In this document: in pieces, positions 10,890-21,882 of the stretch
How positions within the stretch are numbered: the stretch's first letter is position 1
Layout of the letters: every line of letters starts with the position of its first letter
DNA from: a plasmid
Length of the DNA stretch: 64,000 bases
Direction: 5' to 3' (one strand)
Sequence record: NZ_CP049260.1
The notes under the pieces: model-generated
Database searches by the model: none
Told to the model about the DNA's origin: nothing
What the model saw: the letters and a program-made list of their open reading frames with translations, nothing else
Program-made: the position numbers and the translations under genes

Positions 10890-12064
10890 ATAACCATCAT
10901 CAGTCTCTCTGGCGCTGGATCTGCGGGCGCATAATTTCGCTCGCCGTCGGGACAGTTATCGTTATCGCCGTCTGCATGTGGCTGCGCTTCGCGGTGCAGA
11001 ATTACTGGAATCTGCACAGGATGCCGCCCGCGCTGCGTGACGAATTTCTCCGGCTGGTGGATAACCCGCAGGCCGATCCGGCGCGTTTTCATTACATCGT
11101 GGATACCTGGTGGGGGCTGAATTACTCCACGCCCTCCATTGCTTCCGGCGACTGGCTCCTGCTTAGCGTGCTGGTGCTGGTCATGATCCCATTTATCGTT
11201 TTTATGGGTCTGAAATATGCCCGCCCGCTGTCGGCTCAGTTCAGTCAGTTGCGGGAGGCGGCAGAAGAGGTGACGCAGGGCGAATTCGGTCGTCAGGCGG
11301 AGCTGGTCAGGGAAGCGCCTGCGGAAATGGTGCGTTTTGCGAGTGATTTCAATGCCATGACCCGCCAGCTCGCGCGGTATGAAAAAGAGCTGCGCGCCTC
11401 CCACGTGGCAATGGCCCATGAGCTGCGCTCGCCGCTTACCGCCGCAATGGGCCGCCTGCAGGGAATGCTGGACGGCGTTTTTCCGTCCGATCCGCAGCAG
11501 CTGGCGATGGTGATGAAGCAGCTTCAGTTGCTGAACCGTCTGACGGATGAGCTGCATCTCTTGTCGCTCGCCGACGCAGGGCAGTTGATCCTCGAACGTG
11601 AAGCGATAAGCCTTGATGAACTGTTGCGCGAGCGCGCCGCCTGGCTGAAGCTGCAGGCTGACGCGGCAGGTATCCGCGTGATTATCCATGCCGCACCGGC
11701 GTCGCCGCTGTACGCCGATCCGCTGCGTCTCGGGCAGGTCTTTACCGTATTGATGGAAAACACGCTGCGCTATGGCAAACCTGGCGGGCGGCTCGATATT
11801 CGGCTGCACCCTACGGCAGAAGGCTACCGGATTGATTTTCAGGATGACGGACCCGGCGTCGCGGAAAGTTTTCTGCCGGTAATGTTTGAGCGTTTTACCC
11901 GCGCGGAGACTTCTCGCGCCCGCCATTCTGGCGGCAGCGGGCTGGGGCTTTCTATCGCACGTGCGATCTGCCAGGCCCACGGCGGCGATATCCAGGCGGC
12001 ACTGCCGGAAGGGGGCGGCTTATGGATCGGCGTGACGCTGCCCACTGTCGATGCCAGCCAATAA
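10886..12064 (+). CDS. Two-component sensor histidine kinase (two TM segments, HAMP, HisKA, HATPase).
   Basis: H-box HELRSPLTA plus N, G1 and G2 boxes (GGSGLGLSIAR). Two N-terminal TM segments. The gene start is ATGA-coupled to the regulator. Confidence 0.85.
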   Translation: MNNHHQSLWRWICGRIISLAVGTVIVIAVCMWLRFAVQNYWNLHRMPPALRDEFLRLVDNPQADPARFHYIVDTWWGLNYSTPSIASGDWLLLSVLVLVMIPFIVFMGLKYARPLSAQFSQLREAAEEVTQGEFGRQAELVREAPAEMVRFASDFNAMTRQLARYEKELRASHVAMAHELRSPLTAAMGRLQGMLDGVFPSDPQQLAMVMKQLQLLNRLTDELHLLSLADAGQLILEREAISLDELLRERAAWLKLQADAAGIRVIIHAAPASPLYADPLRLGQVFTVLMENTLRYGKPGGRLDIRLHPTAEGYRIDFQDDGPGVAESFLPVMFERFTRAETSRARHSGGSGLGLSIARAICQAHGGDIQAALPEGGGLWIGVTLPTVDASQ

Positions 12065-12157
12065 AAATTGCTGGCTTGATGGTTTCTTGACGCAAAAACG
12101 AACGAATCTCGACGCAACCACGCTGAAATGACGCTGATTTCCTGAAGGAGCGGCGTC

Positions 12158-13309
12158 ATGTCCGAAGCGTTCACCGATTATTTTCGTCATTGCGTGCAGC
12201 ATCTTTTCCATGCGGCGCGTGCTTTTTCTTTCTTTGCCCTGCTGCCCGTAGTGGTGCTGGCTGCGATCCTGCCACTCTTAACAGGCTGTGGCGACAACCA
12301 TCAGACCGACAGCCCCGCGCCGCCACGTCCGGTGCGGTATCTGGTCATCACAGCTTCCTCGCCTGCGGCGCACGCTGACCTGCGCACAGGCGAGATCCGC
12401 GCCCATGACGAAACCACCCTGAGCTTTCGTACCGATGGCAGACTCGCCAGCCGTGAAGTGGACATAGGTGCCACGGTGCACGCGGGGCAGTTGCTTGCCA
12501 CGCTTGAGCGCGCCACCAGCGAAAACCAGCAGGCCAGCGCTGAGGCGGAGCGCCAGGGCGCACAAGCGGCGGAACAGGTGGCAGCGCTTAATCTTAAGCG
12601 TATGCAGAAGCTAATGCCGTCCGGCGCTATCGCCCAAAGCCAGCTCGACAGCGCGAGGGCGGACTGGCAGAGCGCCGTTGCGCGGCTGAAAAGCAGCGAG
12701 GCCGCGTTGCGTAACGCGCGTGAGAGCCTTGGCTGGACGCGACTGGCGGCGCCTGCCGACGGCGTGATTACCAGCGTCAGCGCGTCGGCAGGGCAGGTGG
12801 TAAGCGCCGGGCAGAGCATCTTCACACTCGCTACCAGCCATGCGCGTGACGTCGTGCTGGATGTCAGCGATCCGCAGCGGTTTTCGCGCGCGATGCAGGC
12901 CCGGTGGCAAGTCGCCTCACTCACGGAGCCCGCCATCACCGCGACCGCCGTGCTGCGGGACATTAGTCCGCAGGCCGACCCGCAGATCCGCACCTGGCGA
13001 GTGCGGCTGATGTTAACGGATCCCCCTGACGTCATGGCGCTCGGCGCGAGCGTCACGGTAGCGCTCCCGCAAACGCAGACGCCGGGTTTTAACGTGCCCG
13101 CTTGCGCGCTCACCCGCCAGAATGGTCATCCGACGCTCTTTATCATCGATGCGCAACAGCGGGCGCAGCCGCGGCCAGTGACTATCGCGCAGTACACCTC
13201 AGAAAGCGTCATCATCGCAGGCGGCGTGCGTCCTGGGGATAAAGTGATTGTGGCGGGCGTCAGCAAATTGCGCGCCGGTGAAAAGGTCATCCCTGGCGAG
13301 GCGATGTAA
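12158..13309 (+). CDS. RND efflux periplasmic adaptor (membrane fusion protein), lipoprotein.
   Basis: Lipobox LLTGC, coiled-coil hairpin region and a beta-barrel C-terminus. Its stop abuts the RND pump start (TAAATG). Confidence 0.75.
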   Translation: MSEAFTDYFRHCVQHLFHAARAFSFFALLPVVVLAAILPLLTGCGDNHQTDSPAPPRPVRYLVITASSPAAHADLRTGEIRAHDETTLSFRTDGRLASREVDIGATVHAGQLLATLERATSENQQASAEAERQGAQAAEQVAALNLKRMQKLMPSGAIAQSQLDSARADWQSAVARLKSSEAALRNARESLGWTRLAAPADGVITSVSASAGQVVSAGQSIFTLATSHARDVVLDVSDPQRFSRAMQARWQVASLTEPAITATAVLRDISPQADPQIRTWRVRLMLTDPPDVMALGASVTVALPQTQTPGFNVPACALTRQNGHPTLFIIDAQQRAQPRPVTIAQYTSESVIIAGGVRPGDKVIVAGVSKLRAGEKVIPGEAM

Positions 13310-16300
13310 ATGAAACCGACCTTTAATCTCTCGGCGTGGGCGCTGGCGCACCAGCAACTGGTGAGTTTTTTTATGCTGCTGATTATCGCGACAGGCGTGC
13401 TCTGTTACGAACAACTGCCACGTAATGAAGATCCGGCTTTTACCATTAAAACCGCGGTTGTCTCGGCACGCTGGCCTGGCGCGTCGGTGACTGACACGAC
13501 AAATCTGGTCACGGATACGCTGGAGAAAAAGCTTCAGGAGATCCCCTGGCTTGATAACCTCGAAAGTGAAACCCGCGCCGGTACCGCTGTTATCAACGTC
13601 AACCTGCGCGACGACACGCCGCCGCAGGCAGTGCCGGGCATATGGAACACGCTTCGCGACCGCATGCAGGATATCGCTTCGTCGCTGCCGCAAGGCGTGC
13701 AGGGGCCCGTGGTGAATGATGAGTTTGACGACACCTTCGGCACGATTTATGGCTTTACCGCCGAAGGCTATTCCATGCAGGCGTTGCGCGAGCGGGTGGA
13801 GGCTATCCGGCGTGGGCTGATGTCCTTAAATGACGTGGGCAAAATTACGCTGCTCGGCGAGCCGCAGGAGCAAATAGTTATCGCCTTTTCTCCCCGCAAG
13901 CTCGCCGGGATGGGGCTTGATATAACAGAGGTGAGTGACGCCCTGAAGGCGCAGAATGCCGTCGAGCCCGCCGGAACGCTGCGCGCCGCAGGAGATAACA
14001 TCGCGATCCGCGTCAGCGGCGCGCTCACCTCGGAGGAGAGCCTGCGCGCCGTGACGCTGCATATCAGTGGCCGCTACATTCCGCTGACCGATATCGCCAC
14101 CGTGAGCCGCCAGCCTGCCGAGCCGCCTGTGCCGCAGTTTCGTGTGAACGGACAGCCTGCCATCGGGCTTGCGATTTCGATGGCACCCACTGGCAATATG
14201 CTGGATTTTGGCCAGACGCTGAACGCGCGCATGGCGCAGAGCGCGGCGCAATTGCCGCACGGCATCGAGATGGTGAAAGTGGCCGATCAGTCCACTGTCG
14301 TGAGCGAGGCGGTAAGCGGCTTTGTCCATGTGCTGGTGGAGGCAGTGCTGATTGTTCTCGCGGTGTCATTTGTGTCGCTCGGCATGCGCGCCGGTCTGGT
14401 GGTGGCCGCCGCCATTCCGCTGGTGCTGGCGATGACGTTCGCAGGCATGATGCTGGCAGGCATCGGGCTACAGCGCATTTCACTCGGCGCGCTGATTATC
14501 GCCCTTGGTCTGCTGGTGGACGACGCCATGATCGCTGTCGAAACCATGGTGGCGCGGCTGGAGGCGGGCGATTCTCGTCAACGCGCGGCGACCTGGGCTT
14601 TCAAAACCACGGCGTTTCCGATGCTCACCGGCACGCTGGTGATGATTGCCGGATTTATTCCGGTTGGTTTTGCCGCCTCCAGCGCCGGGGAATATTGTTA
14701 CTCGCTGTTCGTCGTGGTGACAATCTCGCTGCTCTGTTCATGGGGGGTGGCGATCCTGTTTTCGCCACTGACCGGCACCTGGCTGCTGCCCGCGCAGATC
14801 AAACGTCATCACAACGAACCGGGCTGGCTGGCGCGCGGTTATCACAGCATTCTGCAACAGGCGTTGCGCCACCGGCTTGTGACAATAGGCGGCGCGCTGT
14901 TCGCGCTGGGGTTGTCGGTCTGGGGCACCACGTTTATGCAGGGGGAGTTTTTCCCGGCCTCCGATCGCCCGGAACTCCTGGTGACCCTTTCGCTGCCCGC
15001 CAGCACGTCACAGACGCAGACGCAAAACCAGGTGGAACGCCTGGAGCGTGCGCTACGCGGCAACACGAATATCGATCGCTATTCGGCGTATGTGGGCACC
15101 GGCGCGGTGCGCTTTTATCTGCCGATGGAGATCCTTCAGGACAATGAAAACACGGCGCAGCTGGTCGTTGTGGCAAAAGATCTTCAGGCGCGCGATCGCC
15201 TGCGTCGCCAGCTCGACACTCTGATGGCGACGCAGTTCAGCGATATCACCACCCGCGTATCGCCGCTGGAGCTAGGGCCACCGGTCGGCTGGCCGCTGAA
15301 ATATCGCGTCAGTGGGCCGGACTATGCGCAGGTACAACGCCTCGCGCGGGCGCTTGCCGGTACGCTTGGCACATCGCCGCTGACGCGTGACGTGAACCTG
15401 ACGGCGGGCGAGCCGGAGAGGGTCATTACGCTTGAGGTCAACCAGACGGCGGCGCGCGCCGTGGGCGTCTCCTCGCAGAGCCTGGCACAGTTACTGAACA
15501 CGGTCTGGTCCGGCGCGACGGTCACCACAGTGCGCGATAACGACCGGCTGGTGGATGTTGTGCTGCGCGGCAACAATGCGGAACGGCGCGACATTGCCAC
15601 GCTTTCTGCGCTGAGGGTGCCGACCGCGAGCGGCAGTAAAGTGCCCCTCAGCGAGGTGGCAACCCCCGTGTGGGGGCTGGACGATCCGGTTATCTGGCGT
15701 CATCAGCGGCTGCCGTTTATCACCGTGCAGACCGATCTCGCACCGGGGCTTCGCGCTGAAGCTGCGGCTTTGGGACTGCGGCCTGCCATTAACGCATTCC
15801 GCGCGCGGGTGCCTGCGGGTTATCGCATCGAAGAGGCGGGCGCGGTGGCGGAATCAGATAAGGGCAACCGCTCGGTGTATCGCATGTTGCCGGTAACGCT
15901 CATCGTCATGCTGGTGCTACTGATGATTCAGCTACGCCGCTTTTCACGCATGTTGCTGGCGCTGCTGATGGCTCCGTTCGGGCTACCGGGCGTGGTACTG
16001 GCGATGCTGCCCACCGGCACGCCGCTGGGGTTTGTCGCGCTGCTTGGGATTATCGCGCTGGCCGGAATGATCATCCGCAACGCGGTTATTCTGATAACGG
16101 AGTTCGACGGCAATCTGCAACAGGGCATGGACGTCAACGCGGCGATTACCACCGCCGCACAGCACCGCGCCCGGCCCATTATGCTGACGGCCTGTGCGGC
16201 GATCCTCGGCATGATCCCGATTTCGCATCAGGTATTCTGGGGGCCGATGGCATTCGCCATTATCGGTGGGCTTATCGTCGCGACGCTGGTGACGCTGACC

Positions 16301-16360
16301 GTCCTGCCCGCGGCGTTCAGCCTGCTGCTTCAGCCGCGCCGGGGCCGGGCGTCAGAGTAG
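13310..16360 (+). CDS. RND-family efflux transporter permease (AcrB/MdtB-type, 12 TM).
   Basis: 1016 aa with the typical RND topology: two large periplasmic loops and TM clusters. Confidence 0.85.
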   Translation: MKPTFNLSAWALAHQQLVSFFMLLIIATGVLCYEQLPRNEDPAFTIKTAVVSARWPGASVTDTTNLVTDTLEKKLQEIPWLDNLESETRAGTAVINVNLRDDTPPQAVPGIWNTLRDRMQDIASSLPQGVQGPVVNDEFDDTFGTIYGFTAEGYSMQALRERVEAIRRGLMSLNDVGKITLLGEPQEQIVIAFSPRKLAGMGLDITEVSDALKAQNAVEPAGTLRAAGDNIAIRVSGALTSEESLRAVTLHISGRYIPLTDIATVSRQPAEPPVPQFRVNGQPAIGLAISMAPTGNMLDFGQTLNARMAQSAAQLPHGIEMVKVADQSTVVSEAVSGFVHVLVEAVLIVLAVSFVSLGMRAGLVVAAAIPLVLAMTFAGMMLAGIGLQRISLGALIIALGLLVDDAMIAVETMVARLEAGDSRQRAATWAFKTTAFPMLTGTLVMIAGFIPVGFAASSAGEYCYSLFVVVTISLLCSWGVAILFSPLTGTWLLPAQIKRHHNEPGWLARGYHSILQQALRHRLVTIGGALFALGLSVWGTTFMQGEFFPASDRPELLVTLSLPASTSQTQTQNQVERLERALRGNTNIDRYSAYVGTGAVRFYLPMEILQDNENTAQLVVVAKDLQARDRLRRQLDTLMATQFSDITTRVSPLELGPPVGWPLKYRVSGPDYAQVQRLARALAGTLGTSPLTRDVNLTAGEPERVITLEVNQTAARAVGVSSQSLAQLLNTVWSGATVTTVRDNDRLVDVVLRGNNAERRDIATLSALRVPTASGSKVPLSEVATPVWGLDDPVIWRHQRLPFITVQTDLAPGLRAEAAALGLRPAINAFRARVPAGYRIEEAGAVAESDKGNRSVYRMLPVTLIVMLVLLMIQLRRFSRMLLALLMAPFGLPGVVLAMLPTGTPLGFVALLGIIALAGMIIRNAVILITEFDGNLQQGMDVNAAITTAAQHRARPIMLTACAAILGMIPISHQVFWGPMAFAIIGGLIVATLVTLTVLPAAFSLLLQPRRGRASE

Positions 16361-16708
16361 CGTGGTTTTTAAACCGAGAACCTGCCAGTCACCGTGGCGT
16401 TTAACCCAGGTGCGAAAGTGGTGAAACCGACCATTCAGCGGCTCACCGGCGTAAGTGCCGGTGATGACCACGCAGGTATCGATAATAATACAGTGCTCAT
16501 CTTGCCGGGATTCAAAGGATTCACGCTCGATCGCCTGGATAGTAATGGCACCGCTGCTATGCAGGCCGATATCCTGCGCTTTGGTGACGCGCTGTCCGGC
16601 GTGATTGATAAAGAGCAGATCGTCGGCGATTAACGCCGTAAGGGCCGCCACGTCAGAGTTTTTCATGGCGGTAAAGAGCGTATCTTCGAGTTGCAGCGGC
16701 AGGTTCAT
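16352..16708 (-). CDS. NTF2-like (SnoaL/DUF4440-type) protein.
   Basis: 118 aa with a small alpha+beta cone-fold signature. Confidence 0.45.
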   Translation of the reverse strand: MNLPLQLEDTLFTAMKNSDVAALTALIADDLLFINHAGQRVTKAQDIGLHSSGAITIQAIERESFESRQDEHCIIIDTCVVITGTYAGEPLNGRFHHFRTWVKRHGDWQVLGLKTTLL

Positions 16709-16788
16709 GGCATTTTTCCTCAGGTCAGAAGTTACACTAACAGCCTGAGCCTGGCTGTAAACCCGTGGAAATTTGTAGGTATCTGCCT

Positions 16789-17232
16789 TCAGTGCGCCGC
16801 CATTACCTGCAGCAGCAGTTCCCGCGGGTAGATGGTGTCGGTCGTGTTAGTGAGGGCTTCTGCCGACCACCAGCGGTTATCGTGAATGATGCGCTTTTCG
16901 CTGGCGGTCCAGCCTGAAAAGTCGGTCTCTTCATGGTCAACGTGAATGATAAAAAAGCGCTCGTCGGCCAGTACCGTTTCGCCATTCGGTAACAGCATCG
17001 TAAAGGTGCGCTGCGCCACTTCCGGGCCGGAGGATGTGCGCACAATACCGGTTTCTTCCCGTAATTCACGTATCGCCGCCTCCTGGAAGGACTCTCCGTC
17101 TTCGACGCCGCCGCCCGGCGTCGCCCAGTAGGTGCGCCCGGCAAGCGCGTCGTCGCGGTGGGTAAAGCGAAACAGCAATAACCGGTGATCGGGGCTCATA
17201 ATCAGCAGCCGTGAGGCGGGACGTGTACGCAT
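16789..17232 (-). CDS. NUDIX hydrolase.
   Basis: Nudix box GGVEDGESFQEAAIRELREETGI. Confidence 0.85.
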   Translation of the reverse strand: MRTRPASRLLIMSPDHRLLLFRFTHRDDALAGRTYWATPGGGVEDGESFQEAAIRELREETGIVRTSSGPEVAQRTFTMLLPNGETVLADERFFIIHVDHEETDFSGWTASEKRIIHDNRWWSAEALTNTTDTIYPRELLLQVMAAH

Positions 17233-17381
17233 GACAGGGCCTTTTTATCAAGTGTTAACGCCGCAGCGAGTATACCGGAATGCACACACAGATTTGCCTG
17301 AACCCTTAATATTGGCAGCCACGGTCAGCGCAGCGCTGTGTTAATTTAGTGGCATAAGTAAATACTCAACAGGAAAACAGA

Positions 17382-17867
17382 ATGAACAGGGATACGCTGG
17401 TTACGTTGCTGAAATATAAGCGTTGGGCCGATGCCGGAACGCTGGCGTCCGTCAAAGCCGTTGACGCCACGGCGCACCCGGAGAAGCGTCGCCTGATGCA
17501 GCGGCTGATGAACCATATTTATGTGGTCGACCGCATTTTTCAGGCCAACCTGACGGGACAGGCGCACGGCTATACGGCGCTCAATACCCCGGAAACGCCG
17601 GATGTTGAAACACTGGAAACGACAATGCGCGACTGTGTGGACGGGTATATCGCCCATGTGAGCGCGATGAGCGAGGCGGATTTCGATGAGACCATTCGCT
17701 TTCGGTTTACCGACGGTAGCCACGGCGAGATGAAAGCGCTTGATATGCTGAACCATATGCTTTTCCACGGCACCTATCACCGGGGCGCGGTCGGCTGGCT
17801 GGTTGCCGAATGCGGCGGCGTCGCGTTTAAGGATGTGCTGACGGTTTTCCTGCGCGATCATGCGTGA
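17382..17867 (+). CDS. DinB/YfiT-family (DinB_2) metal-dependent protein.
   Basis: 161-aa four-helix-bundle family with the conserved His triad context (…HMLFHGTYHRG…). Confidence 0.6.
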   Translation: MNRDTLVTLLKYKRWADAGTLASVKAVDATAHPEKRRLMQRLMNHIYVVDRIFQANLTGQAHGYTALNTPETPDVETLETTMRDCVDGYIAHVSAMSEADFDETIRFRFTDGSHGEMKALDMLNHMLFHGTYHRGAVGWLVAECGGVAFKDVLTVFLRDHA

Positions 17868-17907
17868 TCCCAGGCCGCCCAACGGAGCGGCCACAGATTT
17901 AACGATG

Positions 17908-18819
17908 TTATTCAGTTGCCGCGGTTTCCGCCTCTGTCGTCACGCGTTTACCGATATCTTTCAGCTGTGAATACTTTTCCAGCAGTTGCGGCGCATCATC
18001 CAGGCTCGTGACAAACATCCACATATACGTCATGACCGAATAGATATGCCCGGCGTTGATCGCGGCTGAGTGCGTCATCATCACCACCGTAAAGCTGAAC
18101 AGCAGCGCGGCCAGCACGCCAATGGTGAAATATCCCATCGCTTCACGATCCGAAAGCGTGATGCGAAGCCTCGCCAGCAGCTGATAATGCCGCTGCAGGG
18201 CGCGCGGCGCGGCGTGCGTCACTATATCGATCTCTTTTTCAAGCCGGTTATTGAGCCTGCCGTAAAGCGCCTCATTGCGGCGGGTGAACCGCGTCAGAAA
18301 GCAGGCCAGCACGGCCAGGATGCCGAGACACGCCATCCCCGTCCAGAACTCAATCAGCAGCAGCATCACGGCGGCACCGGCCATGGACGCCACAGAGGTT
18401 ATCAGCGTCGGCAGATGCAGCTCGAAGAAGTCGACAAACTCTCTGGAGAGCGCGACCCGTGCCGCAATCGTCGAATGGTTAAGGCTTTTCTGCCGCTGCG
18501 CCAGCACCACCGAGACGGCGAGGCCCGCATAAATACGGGCGAACGTGCGCGTATCGACACTGCGCCGCGTCGCGCCCAGCAGCCAGATAAACAGCACCAT
18601 CAGGCCGTAGAGCATCGCGTTCCAGACGTTGCCTGCCAGAATCGCGTTAATGCAGATCCCCGCCAGCACCGGGTAGAGCAGGTACGTGACGTTCTCGGCG
18701 ATCACCAGAAAGAAGGTAAAAAACAGCTTCTTGCGGTGGCGTCGCGCCAGCGTTTTCAGCGTGCCGGCGGCGCTGGCAGTGGCAGGTGAGATCGGGATAT
18801 TTACGCTGTGCGTTTTCAT
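17908..18819 (-). CDS. Six-TM inner-membrane protein resembling an ABC-transporter transmembrane domain. No ATPase gene lies next to it.
   Basis: 303 aa with about 6 predicted TM helices. Divergent from the TetR gene, with only about 46 bp between the two starts. Confidence 0.4.
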   Translation of the reverse strand: MKTHSVNIPISPATASAAGTLKTLARRHRKKLFFTFFLVIAENVTYLLYPVLAGICINAILAGNVWNAMLYGLMVLFIWLLGATRRSVDTRTFARIYAGLAVSVVLAQRQKSLNHSTIAARVALSREFVDFFELHLPTLITSVASMAGAAVMLLLIEFWTGMACLGILAVLACFLTRFTRRNEALYGRLNNRLEKEIDIVTHAAPRALQRHYQLLARLRITLSDREAMGYFTIGVLAALLFSFTVVMMTHSAAINAGHIYSVMTYMWMFVTSLDDAPQLLEKYSQLKDIGKRVTTEAETAATE

Positions 18820-18865
18820 GATTTCTGTTAATCTTCAGTTAGAGCATTTGCTCAAGTGGGGTAGG

Positions 18866-19477
18866 ATGCTATTTGAGCAACTGCTCAAAGTCAATCAGAG
18901 AAAAGCAGAGCGGGCCTTTGTGAAAGAGAAAATCATTAATGCGGCGATCGCCTTGTTCATTGAACAGGGCATTGAAAATGTCAAAACGCGCGATCTGACG
19001 GAGCACCTGGGGATTTCGCGCAGCCATATCTATCACTATTTCAAAAACTGGCAGGCGCTGTGCGTGGAGTCGATTTCCACGTTTCTTGAGAATGAACTGA
19101 ATGAATTTGTCTTGCGGACGGCATCGTTGCCCGCCCGCGAAAGGCTGAAAGCGTTTATCGAAGGGGTGATTTCCACCACGCCGGACCCGACCGCGAAGCT
19201 GTACGGCTCGCTGTGGCAGCTCGCGGCCCATAATGCTGAGTATGCGCAGTTAATGGAATCGATACTCGCGCGCTGGCATGACGCGCTGGTAGATATTCTC
19301 GCGGCGGGCGCGCAGGAAGGCGTGTTTCGCCCTGTCAACACAGCGCGTTTCGCAAGGCAGCTCGACGCCATGCTGTTCGGCTACAGCGATCATCTCTACA
19401 CGCTGCCTTCTGATGACGCGCTCCGCCAGGCACAGGACGATATCGACGATTTTATCGGACAGAATTTGCTGGTGTAG
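18866..19477 (+). CDS. TetR/AcrR-family transcriptional regulator.
   Basis: ATG at 18866. N-terminal HTH (…TRDLTEHLGISRSHIYHYFKNWQAL…). Confidence 0.8.
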   Translation: MLFEQLLKVNQRKAERAFVKEKIINAAIALFIEQGIENVKTRDLTEHLGISRSHIYHYFKNWQALCVESISTFLENELNEFVLRTASLPARERLKAFIEGVISTTPDPTAKLYGSLWQLAAHNAEYAQLMESILARWHDALVDILAAGAQEGVFRPVNTARFARQLDAMLFGYSDHLYTLPSDDALRQAQDDIDDFIGQNLLV

Positions 19478-19775
19478 CGGTGCCGGTCGCTTTCCATAAG
19501 CGGGCCTGAGGGTTGTGAAAATTCGGTAAACATGCACGTTCACACTCAGGCCTTTGTCACAAAACGGAAAACTGGCATTTTTTCATCCGGGCCTGTTCCC
19601 GTTCTGGGTGTGATTGTTAAATCTTTGTATATAAAAGCGCTATGGCTAACCGCTAAGCGAGTGATGCATAAAACGCATCGGACGATGCGTTTATTACGCT
19701 TATTACCTCGATATTTCTGTTCCAGTCTTCAGTAAGAGACGCAACCACAAGCGTTAATGACAACTGGAGACATCA

Positions 19776-21083
19776 ATGCATTCCGCTACCTCACCTGTAA
19801 ACACCCGTTCCCGGATCGGCGCTATTTTGCGCGTCACGTCCGGCAACTTTCTGGAGCAGTTTGATTTTTTCCTGTTCGGCTTTTACGCCACCTACATCGC
19901 GCATACGTTCTTCCCGGCGAGCAGCGAATTCGCCTCGTTGATGATGACGTTTGCGGTGTTTGGCGCAGGCTTTCTGATGCGCCCCATCGGCGCGATAGTG
20001 CTGGGCGCGTACATCGATAAAGTGGGCCGCCGCAAAGGGCTGATCATGACGCTCTCCATTATGGCGGCGGGCACCTTTCTGATTGTGCTGATCCCGTCTT
20101 ATGAAGCCATCGGGCTGTGGGCGCCGCTGTTCGTGCTGATTGGTCGCCTGTTGCAGGGCTTTTCAGCGGGGGCGGAGCTCGGCGGCGTGTCGGTGTATCT
20201 CGCCGAAATCGCGACGCCGGGCCGCAAAGGCTTTTACACCAGCTGGCAGTCGGGCAGCCAGCAGGTCGCCATTATGGTGGCGGCGGCAATGGGTTTTGCC
20301 CTCAATGCGGCGCTGGATCAGTCGGCCATCAGCAGCTGGGGCTGGCGACTCCCGTTCCTTTTCGGTTGCCTGATTGTGCCGTTTATTTTCGTGCTGCGGC
20401 GCAAGCTTGAAGAGACGCAGGAGTTCAGCGCGCGCCGTCACCATCTCGACATGAAACAGGTGTTCCGCATGCTGCTGACCCACTGGCCGGTGGTTGTCGC
20501 GGGCATGATGATGGTGGCAATGACCACCACGGCGTTTTATCTCATCACCGTGTATGCGCCCACCTTCGGCAAAAAAGTGCTGATGCTGAGCGCCTCCGAC
20601 AGCCTGCTGGTGACGCTGCTGGTGGCGATTTCCAACTTCTTCTGGCTGCCGGTGGGCGGCGCGCTTTCTGACCGTTTCGGGCGTAAACCGGTGCTGATTG
20701 CCATGACGCTGCTGGCGCTGGCCACCGCGTATCCGGCGCTGATGATGCTGGCGGCGGCACCGGGCTTTTCCATGATGCTTGGCGTACTGCTGTGGCTCTC
20801 TTTTCTGTATGGCCTGTACAACGGTGCGATGATCCCGGCGCTCACTGAAATCATGCCCGCCGAGGTGCGTGTCGCGGGTTTTTCGCTCGCCTACAGCCTC
20901 GCGACGGCGATTTTCGGCGGCTTTACGCCGGTGATATCGACGGCGCTGATTGAGTACACCGGCGACAAAGCCTCGCCCGGCTACTGGATGAGCTTTGCCG
21001 CGCTCTGCGCGCTGCTGGCGACGCTCTACCTTTACCGCCGCAGTACCATGACATTACAGACCGCAGGACGCCGCCATGCATAA
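19776..21083 (+). CDS. MFS transporter, metabolite:H+ symporter (MHS) family.
   Basis: 435 aa with 12 TM segments. The N-terminal motif …[20 protein letters not shown]… and the LGR motif are typical of MHS (citrate, tricarballylate or ProP-like) carriers. Confidence 0.8.
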   Translation: MHSATSPVNTRSRIGAILRVTSGNFLEQFDFFLFGFYATYIAHTFFPASSEFASLMMTFAVFGAGFLMRPIGAIVLGAYIDKVGRRKGLIMTLSIMAAGTFLIVLIPSYEAIGLWAPLFVLIGRLLQGFSAGAELGGVSVYLAEIATPGRKGFYTSWQSGSQQVAIMVAAAMGFALNAALDQSAISSWGWRLPFLFGCLIVPFIFVLRRKLEETQEFSARRHHLDMKQVFRMLLTHWPVVVAGMMMVAMTTTAFYLITVYAPTFGKKVLMLSASDSLLVTLLVAISNFFWLPVGGALSDRFGRKPVLIAMTLLALATAYPALMMLAAAPGFSMMLGVLLWLSFLYGLYNGAMIPALTEIMPAEVRVAGFSLAYSLATAIFGGFTPVISTALIEYTGDKASPGYWMSFAALCALLATLYLYRRSTMTLQTAGRRHA

Positions 21084-21882
21084 GAGAATGACGACATGGA
21101 TAGCCGCGCTGACGCTCTCGTCGTTAAGCAGCGTGGCGCTGGCACAGGAAATTACGGTGATGATTTCAGGCGGCTTTAAGGCGGCGCTGGAGCAGCTCCG
21201 CCCGGTATATGAAACGCAGAGCGGTACCCAGATTGTGATCGTTCCCGGCCCGTCGATGGGCAAAACACCGCAGGCGATCCCGAACCGGCTGGCGCGCGGC
21301 GAAAAGGCGGATGTGGTGATCATGGTGGGCGATGCCCTGACGAGCCTTGAAAAAGCGGGGCGTACCGCGCCGGGGTCGCGCACGGAGCTTGCGGATTCTC
21401 CCATCGGCATGGTCGTGAAACAGGGCGCGCCGGTGCCCGCAATAAACACCCCGGACGCGCTGCGCCAGACGCTGCTGCAGGCCCGTTCGATTGCCTATTC
21501 CGACAGCGCCAGCGGCCGCTATGTCAGTACGGCATTGTTTAAAAAACTGGGGATAGAGGCGCAGGTGGAGACCCGCGCGCGGATGGTGGAGCGCATTCCG
21601 GTGGCGTCAGAAGTGGCGAAAGGGAAGTATGCCGTGGGGTTTCAGCAGGTCAGCGAACTGCTGCCGGAGCCCGGCGTGACGTTTGTCGGCGAGTTGCCTG
21701 ACAGCGTGCAGTACATCACCCGTTTTGCGGGCGCGGTAACAAACAACGCGGCGCACGCCGCCGAAGGCCGCGCGCTGCTGGCGTTTCTGGCGTCACCCGA
21801 CGCGCAAAAGGTGGTACGCGCCACCGGCATGCGGTCGGTCGCGCAAAAAGCGCCGGTCAGGCTGGCGGATACTGTTCAGTGA
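21076..21882 (+). CDS. Periplasmic substrate-binding protein (ModA-like PBP fold) with a signal peptide. Overlaps the MFS gene by 8 nt.
   Basis: 268 aa with a signal peptide, then an [16 protein letters not shown]… ModA/PBP-like core. Co-oriented and overlapping with the MFS gene. Confidence 0.5.
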   Translation: MHKRMTTWIAALTLSSLSSVALAQEITVMISGGFKAALEQLRPVYETQSGTQIVIVPGPSMGKTPQAIPNRLARGEKADVVIMVGDALTSLEKAGRTAPGSRTELADSPIGMVVKQGAPVPAINTPDALRQTLLQARSIAYSDSASGRYVSTALFKKLGIEAQVETRARMVERIPVASEVAKGKYAVGFQQVSELLPEPGVTFVGELPDSVQYITRFAGAVTNNAAHAAEGRALLAFLASPDAQKVVRATGMRSVAQKAPVRLADTVQ

